64,000 nt of DNA from a virus. Shown here piece by piece: positions 55,333 through 63,602 of this stretch. The notes beneath the pieces are model-generated. The model searched no databases. It saw only the letters and a list, made by a program, of their open reading frames with translations, and was not told where the DNA came from. Location: IMG/VR virus record IMGVR_UViG_3300020442_000011, positions 32,001 through 96,000 of that record. One strand, given 5' to 3'. How positions within the stretch are numbered: the first letter of the stretch is position 1; each line of letters begins with the position of its first letter. The position numbers and the translations under genes were made by a program.

Positions 55333-56838
55333 ATGAGTCTTCTCCAAGAATACCTCTCTAAGAACGCAAAACACGTTACTGGCCTTGAAGTCAGCTCTGA
55401 AGATTACATCGCCCCTGAAGACGTTGAGGTGCCGGAAGTTGCCGATGTAGATGATGCTGAACTCTACGAAGCTGAAGACCAGCTCGAAGAAGCGGAGCAG
55501 GAGCGTCTTGAACGCGAGTATCACGAGAAAGAGGTGGTTAGTACGATCCAAGAAGCCGAAGCAATCCACACTTCTATCGAGAACTATATGGAAGTGCTTG
55601 GCCTGGGTATTGAGTCAGGTGAGTTCTCTCCTCAGTTTGCTGCGATTGCCGGTACTGACCTGAAACGCTTCAACCAAATCCTGGGTGGTACTGAAGACGC
55701 GGTACCTGCTTTCGAAAGCTACGACCATGACTCGCTTGAGCAGTTCTATACGGAATCTCTGGAAGGGTTCAAGGAAGTGGCTGGTAAACTCGTAGAAACC
55801 GTTAAGTCTGTTTCTAAAGGTGCTGTCGATTACGTAGGTATGATCGGTACCAACGAAAAAGCAGCTTCTGCTATCAATACCAAAGCCGATGCACTTCTGG
55901 GTAAGCTGTCCAGTTCTGAAATCAGTGATGGTGAAATCGCACTGAAGAACCTGGGTCGTGTTTTCTCTGTTGAAGGTAAAGTGCCCCAGAATCTGATCCA
56001 AGCTGTTAATGCTGATCAGAAAGGTTTCCAAACACTAGCGTCGAATCACTTCAAGAACAGCGTAAGCTATTACGAGGACGCTGTCAAAGCTGGTAGTGAT
56101 GCGCTGAAGAAACCTGGTGAGGCTGGCGCTGTCATCGAAGCATTTGCCAAAAAACCAACTCCGAATGAACAGATTGCCAAATCGGTCAAGCTGTTGGGTT
56201 GTGAGGTAAGCACATTTGATTCAGGGGCTGATCTTCCCAAAAACACTAACCGTGCAGTTGCCGACGCTTTATCCGAGCGTCTTGGTGAACAGGTTATCAT
56301 GTTCGATGCTTACAAAAAAGCTGATGGGTCTGTGAAATTGGATAAGACCCAGGTGACCGCGCTGCTCAAAGCAGCTAAGGGTTACGCTGCAATCATGGCG
56401 ACGCTTAACAAAGAAGCGAAGAAAGAACTGGAGCGGCAAGTCAAGATTGATAAAGAGCTCCAGAAAGCGCTCAGTAACAACGCTCCCAGCAAAACCGGTT
56501 CCGTTACCGGTGCTTCCTTAGCTGGCGGTCTTGGTGGAGCTTGGGGTGGTGGACTTACATTTGGTCCAGTCGGTGCTGTAGTCGGAGGTGTTGGTGGTGC
56601 CACAGCAATGGGAAAAGCTGTGGCAGCCAGGAATGCGTCGATAAATAAAAATGCAGGAACTGACATGGAGCAAGCCATTCGTGAGATGGGGGCAGTTATC
56701 AAGAATGCTTCTGGTATTCCTCTCGCACATTTCAAAGAGATGGGTAAAGTCATCGAATTCCATGCAAAGTCTTGTATGGAACTGGCAGAACGTGCCATGA
56801 CCGCCAAGAAGAAAGAAGCCGAAACATCTGGCGAATGA
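55333..56838 (+). CDS. inner-body/head protein paralog with a glycine-zipper insert
   Basis: acidic propeptide with GLE/SSE/SIE/AFE/SLE sites; GxxxG-rich hydrophobic segment near the C-terminus. Confidence 0.75.
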   Translation: MSLLQEYLSKNAKHVTGLEVSSEDYIAPEDVEVPEVADVDDAELYEAEDQLEEAEQERLEREYHEKEVVSTIQEAEAIHTSIENYMEVLGLGIESGEFSPQFAAIAGTDLKRFNQILGGTEDAVPAFESYDHDSLEQFYTESLEGFKEVAGKLVETVKSVSKGAVDYVGMIGTNEKAASAINTKADALLGKLSSSEISDGEIALKNLGRVFSVEGKVPQNLIQAVNADQKGFQTLASNHFKNSVSYYEDAVKAGSDALKKPGEAGAVIEAFAKKPTPNEQIAKSVKLLGCEVSTFDSGADLPKNTNRAVADALSERLGEQVIMFDAYKKADGSVKLDKTQVTALLKAAKGYAAIMATLNKEAKKELERQVKIDKELQKALSNNAPSKTGSVTGASLAGGLGGAWGGGLTFGPVGAVVGGVGGATAMGKAVAARNASINKNAGTDMEQAIREMGAVIKNASGIPLAHFKEMGKVIEFHAKSCMELAERAMTAKKKEAETSGE

Positions 56839-56858
56839 TCGTTAGTTGTTAGCATCAT

Positions 56859-56891
56859 AAGAGCACCCCGTTAGGGGTGCTCTTTTATGTC
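56859..56891 (+). terminator. terminator of the CATA/TATG family
   Basis: AAGAGCACCCC-gtta-GGGGTGCTCTT followed by TTATGTC. Confidence 0.8.
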
Positions 56892-56946
56892 TTAGTTGTA
56901 CGGATGTGACGGATTTTATGAACCGTTTTAACACGAGAGGCTTTCC

Positions 56947-58728
56947 ATGCCACAGGCACTCATAGCACTACCGGATGTTTACGATTCTGTTATCCGTCGT
57001 ATCGCCGTTGATAGTGTTTCACAATTAGCACGTGTCATGCGTTTACCGCCTGACACCCAAATCATGTTACCAGGTAATGCCCAGACTGTTCCCATGAATA
57101 ACGGGTCATTTGGGGAATGTGGTGATCCCGGACTTAATTACCCGACTGATGGGCGTTTGGTAATTTCATTCACAGAAGAGTTAGATGATAGTCAAACACT
57201 ATCTCAACATGCGGGGACTGCTGAAAACTTACCGCTATTTGAAGACGTTGTTCGCTCTACGGTTATTTTCCCCGTGTATCGTTCAGTAACAATGAACCTG
57301 AATCTCCAGTACATTGCCCCTAACCAGAATATTGCTCAGCGTTGGTTAGATGAAATGCGAACACGTGTGGTTCAATTACGCGCAGAACTTTACCAGACGC
57401 TTGAATACCACTATGCTATACCTAACCCCATCCTGATGTTGCTTCATGAAGTGTGGAGTAAAATAGAAGCGTCTGACCACCCTTCTAATCTATCCTTCTC
57501 TGAATATCTTGATGAATATCTATCAAGACCAACAACCGTGATCGATACATTAGCAGATACGGCACCTACACGCGCTGTGATTGAGAAACAATACGAGGTG
57601 TTAGGGTGGTTCGATTTTACGAGTACTCCTGAACAACCAGAGAAGGACGGGGCTAATGCAGGGAATTACATTTGCAATATAAACTATCGTTTTTCTTACG
57701 ACCGACCCATGCAGATGTTAGTACGTTGGCCCCTTGTGGTACATAACCAAATTATCGATTCAACGTATCATCCGACAGAACCTTACCAAACGTTCCGTCA
57801 AGTCGATCGCCGAGTATCTTTTTTCAAAGGATCACTTGAAAGTTTTTTGGAAAGCATTAAGTATAACAACATCCCCTACGTCATCGAACCCGAGATCGAT
57901 GATTGGATGCCATCTGAGATGAACCGTAGAGCGATGATCTTTTTTACAGGGCTCTTGGTAATCGATAAAACAGATCCTACCCATCTTGTCGATCTGAGTC
58001 ATCTAGGGAAACACACCTTCACCCCATACATCCTCGAATATTTCTTTCAACAGCAACACACGTTATTTGGTGATAGAACATCCCCGTTCGTGTTCATGCT
58101 ATTCGAAAATGGGCAGCAACGTACTGACATTACGTTCTCTTTTAAACCGAACAGTTTAGAGTTGGTTGTTGATAAACCTCTAGACATGACGAAGATGTAT
58201 CATTTACAGATCGGTATTCTTCGTGACTGGACGGCACTCACCACAGAAACCCGCCAATGTCTCCGTCGTTATCCAGTGGTGACTTATTCCTTATTCCGTG
58301 TTCTCAACATTGTTTTAGGTGAGAAAGAGTTTAAGGACTTAATGTTGCTGGGGACACCACATAAGCGGATCGCTATATCTAATTGTCCAGGTCAAGGTTC
58401 TTTAATAGGGCCGCCCGACAAAGGAGGTACATGGCCGTGGCCCTGGTTAGATCCAGAATGGGGTAATTACCCCTGGCCGGGTTATGATCCAAGGTTCGAT
58501 AAGTACAACTGGCCAGGTGGTTCATTAGACCATCCAGTAATTGATTTACCTACATGGCCAGGTGCCGATGGAGAGCATGGGGATAATAGTGGTGTCATCC
58601 GCAATGATGATATCGAAGACGCTATCGACCATACGGACGGCTATGCGGGTAAGGATGTGATCTACTCCATCACCACATTACACACTGTCATGTTTGCACA
58701 AGTTTTTGTTTATGGGGGATATAAGTAA
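56947..58728 (+). CDS. virion structural protein (gp98-like)
   Basis: GAGG SD; LEYHYAIP, EVLGWFDF and WPLVVHNQ blocks; WP-rich insert. Confidence 0.65.
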   Translation: MPQALIALPDVYDSVIRRIAVDSVSQLARVMRLPPDTQIMLPGNAQTVPMNNGSFGECGDPGLNYPTDGRLVISFTEELDDSQTLSQHAGTAENLPLFEDVVRSTVIFPVYRSVTMNLNLQYIAPNQNIAQRWLDEMRTRVVQLRAELYQTLEYHYAIPNPILMLLHEVWSKIEASDHPSNLSFSEYLDEYLSRPTTVIDTLADTAPTRAVIEKQYEVLGWFDFTSTPEQPEKDGANAGNYICNINYRFSYDRPMQMLVRWPLVVHNQIIDSTYHPTEPYQTFRQVDRRVSFFKGSLESFLESIKYNNIPYVIEPEIDDWMPSEMNRRAMIFFTGLLVIDKTDPTHLVDLSHLGKHTFTPYILEYFFQQQHTLFGDRTSPFVFMLFENGQQRTDITFSFKPNSLELVVDKPLDMTKMYHLQIGILRDWTALTTETRQCLRRYPVVTYSLFRVLNIVLGEKEFKDLMLLGTPHKRIAISNCPGQGSLIGPPDKGGTWPWPWLDPEWGNYPWPGYDPRFDKYNWPGGSLDHPVIDLPTWPGADGEHGDNSGVIRNDDIEDAIDHTDGYAGKDVIYSITTLHTVMFAQVFVYGGYK

Positions 58729-60140
58729 TGGCATTATTTGGTGAAAGTAACAGTCGTTTACCTGATGAGGAACCAACACCACCTGTCAAGGTAAAACACA
58801 CAATAGAGCCCAGTGTTTATCAGGGTATCACTATCGACACGGAATATGTCCCACGGTCGTCCCTGCTTCAATGGATCGCGGGTTCTCTCTACACAGTTGA
58901 TTACTACTCTCAATATCTTGGGCAGCATGATGAGCCGAGTCCTTTGAGTACTGAAAAATCACCCGTCTATCAACAATACCGTGTCATCAAAGGAATGGAG
59001 TTGAAATTAACATCTCCACTATCCCCTTCTTTTGATCCAGAAACACGTGTTCCGACAATTACTGCGTCTGGCATTACCTATCCTTTCTTAGTACCTCAGC
59101 AGGGTGATATGATGGTGGGTGATATCGGCGATGGTCGTGTGGGTCTATTCGCTGTGTCGTCTGCCACACGGACCACCATTCGTCAAGATAGCACGTATGC
59201 GATTGAACTGATCATGGTGGATGAACTTAATAAAACTCACATTGATGATCTTAAAAAGAAAACAATTGAGACTTTTAAGTTTTCCCGTGAATCGCTCATA
59301 TCGGGCTGTGGGCCATTTGTAAATGAAAACCAGTACGAACGTCGCCAAGATTATCTATCGTTGCGTACAGAGCTTATTTCGCGCTATTTAGCGGACTTCT
59401 ATAGTCGCCAACACACAACGCTTCTTGTCCCAGACCAACTCCTCACGACGTATGACCATTTTGTAACTAAAATCGTACGGCAGCTGGTGAGTCCTGACGA
59501 CAATCCGTTGATGCGTAAGGTGCGTGAATTACCGGTAGCAGTTGAGCAAATAATGACAAGGCCAACACTCTGGGACGCCATCTTGAAGCATGAGCCTAGT
59601 CACCTTATTCAGATGATCCAACGTTGTCATCTAGTCAGCACGATGCTGTTTACGAATCGCCCGATCCTTCAGTCGCTTAATTACACGGGCATCAAGCGTG
59701 TTGTTTTTCCGATGGAAGCAGCTAGTAATGTTGATGCTCAATACAGTGGTAAATCAGAGCGTCAATTATCGGGAATGACATATGAGTCAGGTAAACCGAG
59801 ATATCGTCCTGAAGGGCCTTTCCAGAGTCAGGAAGAGCGTGATCTACCTTGGTTTAAACCCAAAGATTTGGAAAGTAGTATCTTAGCTGAACATCTTCCC
59901 GCGATACATCCAGTTACCAAAGATGATCACTACGTATTAAGTCGTGCGTTCTATGAGGAAGGATTCGAGCAGGATAGATCCTGTCTTGAAGTTGTCGCTA
60001 GGCAGATAATGAATGCGCAGCCCATTTCCATCCCTCACCTTGAAAACGTTCTGGTCGATATTTGGGAGTGGGACAATCTTGAACGTTATTACTATTACCC
60101 GATTGTTTGGATGGCTCTTGTATTGGCCGGTAGGTATTGA
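58728..60140 (+). CDS. virion structural protein (gp99-like)
   Basis: TAATG coupling; VDYYSQ, PQQGDMMVGDIGDG and LERYYYYP blocks. Confidence 0.65.
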   Translation: MALFGESNSRLPDEEPTPPVKVKHTIEPSVYQGITIDTEYVPRSSLLQWIAGSLYTVDYYSQYLGQHDEPSPLSTEKSPVYQQYRVIKGMELKLTSPLSPSFDPETRVPTITASGITYPFLVPQQGDMMVGDIGDGRVGLFAVSSATRTTIRQDSTYAIELIMVDELNKTHIDDLKKKTIETFKFSRESLISGCGPFVNENQYERRQDYLSLRTELISRYLADFYSRQHTTLLVPDQLLTTYDHFVTKIVRQLVSPDDNPLMRKVRELPVAVEQIMTRPTLWDAILKHEPSHLIQMIQRCHLVSTMLFTNRPILQSLNYTGIKRVVFPMEAASNVDAQYSGKSERQLSGMTYESGKPRYRPEGPFQSQEERDLPWFKPKDLESSILAEHLPAIHPVTKDDHYVLSRAFYEEGFEQDRSCLEVVARQIMNAQPISIPHLENVLVDIWEWDNLERYYYYPIVWMALVLAGRY

Positions 60141-60754
60141 TCATGACAGATGAATTAAAACCACGTTATCCTAAAAAGAACACCGCCGCTTGGCGGTTGT
60201 TCCATTACACATACCCAGTCTGGTATCCTCAGTTGTTTAAGTACGATAAGTCGTATATTGAGAAACGGGGTATTGCGATAACAGGTGATGCTGAGTTAGA
60301 CCGTCTTCGTTTGGATGAGGACGGTCTTTTCAACCAAACACCTGCGGGTATGGCTTTGTTAATGGAAGATGGCTGTCCTATCTTTGCTGAATCTTTCTTC
60401 AGTTACGAGGACATTCCTTATGTCTACCATGATATCCAAGAACACCTGATGGATTGGGAAAGGAGAATCAACCGGGGTATCCACATCAACGAGATACCGG
60501 ATCTTTATGATTTCCGCATCTTGGAAAACCTAGCGTTAGAACTTCACGACTACGCGATGTATCTATCACCCCAGAATCAAAGTTCTGGGGTGGGTATTGT
60601 AGACCGCCTCAATCGTCTAAATAGTGTCCGCAGTTCTATCCACCGAACAATGCCTCTTTCAGCGAGAACAAACGAAGTCGTTGAGATAAGACCGTACGTG
60701 TCAATCGCCGACCGTATTGAGAAATCGGCCCTTGGAGGTAATGTATGGCGGTAG
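60137..60754 (+). CDS. conserved protein (gp100-like)
   Basis: overlapping operon member; YHDIQEHLMDW. Confidence 0.6.
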   Translation: MIMTDELKPRYPKKNTAAWRLFHYTYPVWYPQLFKYDKSYIEKRGIAITGDAELDRLRLDEDGLFNQTPAGMALLMEDGCPIFAESFFSYEDIPYVYHDIQEHLMDWERRINRGIHINEIPDLYDFRILENLALELHDYAMYLSPQNQSSGVGIVDRLNRLNSVRSSIHRTMPLSARTNEVVEIRPYVSIADRIEKSALGGNVWR

Positions 60755-62088
60755 ATATTACCAACATCATGTTGGAAGTCCAACAGGTTGCTACTCAGGG
60801 ACCTATACGGAACTCCTTTCGTTTTGACGTTTTCATCAAAGTGGAAGACCGTTGGATCAAACCTCTGCGTACAGATGTTATCACCCACCAACGTGATTAC
60901 GTCAAAGGTTACTCCCCGCTCATCTACCTGGATGTTTTCTTAGGTCGTGGGGACTATGCTTACTTAATCGAACCAAACAAAGACAAGCTAATCGTGGATG
61001 TCATTCGTCATCCTGTAGCGGATATTGGTGGGGGCGATGTTGATGAGGTAGTCACCGTTAAACGCTATCGGGCTCTCTTATTAACAAAAGACGATCCGGG
61101 TCTTGGTGATGCCCGACCACATGCATCCAACATCGATGATCTTAACCAAGAGATCATGGACGTACAATTCCAGTTGATTGAGGAAAACATTTATCAGTTA
61201 ATGATGGTAACCGTAGGACGTACCTACAGGAAAAACATTCCTATGGATGTCCTTCGCGCGTTATTGACCGATGCATCGACTAACATTGATGTCACGGATG
61301 AAGAAGCGATTACTGGGGTAGATGTAGTTGACGGCTATAACCCGAAAGTTAGGGATGCTATCATTGTCCCTCATGGAACACCTCTTGTGGATGTAGTCAC
61401 CCATTTACAAGAAAACGAAGGGGGTCTTTACAGCACTGGGGTAGGGTGTTTTCTCCAGCACAATAAGTGGTACGTTTACCCCCTATTTGATTTAAACCGT
61501 ATCGAAAGAGAAACACGTACACTTACGGTGATACGAGTACCCCCTAACAGGTTCGCAGCATCGGAACGAACATGGCGTATCTCAGCTAATCAAATCGTGG
61601 TCATTGCGAATAATGAAGTAAAGACACGAGATCTGGGTATCATCGATCAAATGTCATCAGGTAATGCGGTAAGGGTAACCAATGCCGATAACCTACTTTC
61701 ATTTACTGAGACTCAAAACAATCGTTCTTCGTTCAACCGTCGTGAAAACATGTTGGAGTTTCAGACTCATGAACTCCAAGGGGATGGACTCACGAATGCA
61801 CGTTGGGGTAGTGAACGAGCTACAGGTAATCCATTCAAAGTCTTTAGTCGCCTCGCTTCCCAAGGCGGTCAGTTTGTAGAGGTGACTTGGCTACATGCTA
61901 ACACGGATTATCTGTATCCGGGCATGCCTGTTCGTTTCTATGTAGCGAGTAACGATCAACTCCAAGAATATCACGGAACATTGCTCGGTGCTAATGATCG
62001 ATATGTCCCAGGTAAGCCAGGGCCTATTCAAGACTATTATGTCAATGAGGCACGCTTGTTGTTGTTCGTTAACCGAATACAACAATAA
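60745..62088 (+). CDS. virion structural protein (gp101-like; possible baseplate hub)
   Basis: GGAGG SD; RDYVKG, GGLYSTGVG, WYVYPLF and LYPGMPVRF blocks. Confidence 0.65.
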   Translation: MAVDITNIMLEVQQVATQGPIRNSFRFDVFIKVEDRWIKPLRTDVITHQRDYVKGYSPLIYLDVFLGRGDYAYLIEPNKDKLIVDVIRHPVADIGGGDVDEVVTVKRYRALLLTKDDPGLGDARPHASNIDDLNQEIMDVQFQLIEENIYQLMMVTVGRTYRKNIPMDVLRALLTDASTNIDVTDEEAITGVDVVDGYNPKVRDAIIVPHGTPLVDVVTHLQENEGGLYSTGVGCFLQHNKWYVYPLFDLNRIERETRTLTVIRVPPNRFAASERTWRISANQIVVIANNEVKTRDLGIIDQMSSGNAVRVTNADNLLSFTETQNNRSSFNRRENMLEFQTHELQGDGLTNARWGSERATGNPFKVFSRLASQGGQFVEVTWLHANTDYLYPGMPVRFYVASNDQLQEYHGTLLGANDRYVPGKPGPIQDYYVNEARLLLFVNRIQQ

Positions 62089-62141
62089 ATTAAACCTATA
62101 TTACAGCAGTGAATAAGGGAATGTGAATGCATTCCCTCACT
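62085..62141 (+). promoter_or_regulatory. early promoter (TATTAC) with structured leader
   Basis: CCTATATTAC at 62095-62104 contains the phiKZ early consensus TATTAC; nested hairpin follows. Confidence 0.7.
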
Positions 62142-62151
62142 TGCGTATGGA

Positions 62152-62556
62152 GTGAACATGCATAACTTGATTATCCTTGGAGGTGACTCATGGTTCCATT
62201 ATGTTTTGCAAACTGAGTTAGACGAGAAAGATCCGGACTCGGCAGGTATCATTGGAGAAGCACTTAGTTCTTATCTCGAGAATGTGGTGAAACAATACCC
62301 ACATTACGATGATACGGAACTTATCATTCGATCACTTGAGATGATTGGTTTTGGAATGTCTAATCAAGGTTATTCCGAAGACCTAGTAGCAACAACCGCT
62401 TGGTGGTTCAGAGAAATCAAATCCGAAGTCCTCTCTATCCTGTTGGAAATAAAACAGCGTGTCGGTAATTTCATTATCGAGCCTGTTATTACCTGGGTGC
62501 CTGAAGGACCTACGATTTATGCCATTACCTGCAAGACCCAACCCAACCAATACTAA
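62152..62556 (+). CDS. early hypothetical protein
   Basis: GGAG SD (ATG 62158 is the likelier start). Confidence 0.7.
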   Translation: MNMHNLIILGGDSWFHYVLQTELDEKDPDSAGIIGEALSSYLENVVKQYPHYDDTELIIRSLEMIGFGMSNQGYSEDLVATTAWWFREIKSEVLSILLEIKQRVGNFIIEPVITWVPEGPTIYAITCKTQPNQY

Positions 62557-62570
62557 AAAGGAAAACAGTC

Positions 62571-63029
62571 ATGTTGACTACACTACTATTTATTGTCCTC
62601 ATCGCAGCCGCTGTCGTGGGTATCAATTTCATGTTTGAGAAACTCAAACAAAAAGCAGCTGAGGCGAAGCAACGTTACGGGGATATCAATCAAGCCATGC
62701 ACGTGCGGCCCGTGGTAACACCCAAACCTAAAGCTGAAGAGATAGATGTAAAAATCAACGCTTTGTTTAAGTACACCATGAACGAAGCGTGGGTGGAGAA
62801 AGGAACTGTGTTTTATGTCAACAACCCTATCATCACAAAGATGTTAGAGGACATTGATAAGATCGAACCACTTGAATATAACCTACCTCAAAAAGGGGTA
62901 GGTGTTTATGCTGTCATTCCCGAAGATGATCGTATTAGTGATGAGGTATATCAGAAGCTCGAATCGGCAGGTTTCGAGCGATACGTCATTATTTCAGGTC
63001 GTGCGATTGGTTATAGGCAAAAAAGCTAA
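62571..63029 (+). CDS. early membrane-anchored protein
   Basis: AAGGA SD; N-terminal hydrophobic helix LLFIVLIAAAVVGI. Confidence 0.75.
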   Translation: MLTTLLFIVLIAAAVVGINFMFEKLKQKAAEAKQRYGDINQAMHVRPVVTPKPKAEEIDVKINALFKYTMNEAWVEKGTVFYVNNPIITKMLEDIDKIEPLEYNLPQKGVGVYAVIPEDDRISDEVYQKLESAGFERYVIISGRAIGYRQKS

Positions 63030-63035
63030 AAGCCA

Positions 63036-63099
63036 ATAAATTTGACATCTATATAACAGTGGCGAATAAACCAGGATAATGAATTCTGGTCGTCACTGT
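63036..63099 (+). promoter_or_regulatory. early-type promoter with structured leader
   Basis: TCTATATAAC at 63048-63057; nested hairpin follows. Confidence 0.65.
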
Positions 63100-63125
63100 A
63101 TCAACTCTAAAAAGGAAGAACTACC

Positions 63126-63599
63126 ATGAAAACTATCAACTTCACCAACACCACCAAAGCCGCCACCCTTTACGGTATTATGTTTAACGAATTACGGCAA
63201 TCGGGTCATGAGAGTGGCTTCCTCTCAATCACTGAACCGTACATGGTAAAACACGGAGATCTCGAATACACTGTCAGCCCTATATCAACTAAAGACACCA
63301 CTGATATGGACGGTGTAGAACTAATGTACGTCCATGTCCAGGTCCACCGTATTAATGAGTCTGTCAGCGGTGATAAGATGGTCGTTAACAGTGAGACGTC
63401 GATATGTCATGACATGATGGCGGCCATCTGCATGTTGTCGGGTGTTAACGTTGTTATGGTTAACAACGAGGCACTATGGCAGTGTACGTATAGCACCAAA
63501 TCCATGGTGCGTACCCTGGCTAAGTATATCGGTTATGTCGCCGCTGCCGCTTTGGTGGCAGGTCTCATCTACTACGGATACACGAAAATCCGGGGGTAG
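63126..63599 (+). CDS. early protein with C-terminal TM helix (paralog 1)
   Basis: AAGGA SD; YVAAAALVAGLIYYG. Confidence 0.75.
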   Translation: MKTINFTNTTKAATLYGIMFNELRQSGHESGFLSITEPYMVKHGDLEYTVSPISTKDTTDMDGVELMYVHVQVHRINESVSGDKMVVNSETSICHDMMAAICMLSGVNVVMVNNEALWQCTYSTKSMVRTLAKYIGYVAAAALVAGLIYYGYTKIRG

Positions 63600-63602
63600 C
63601 TA

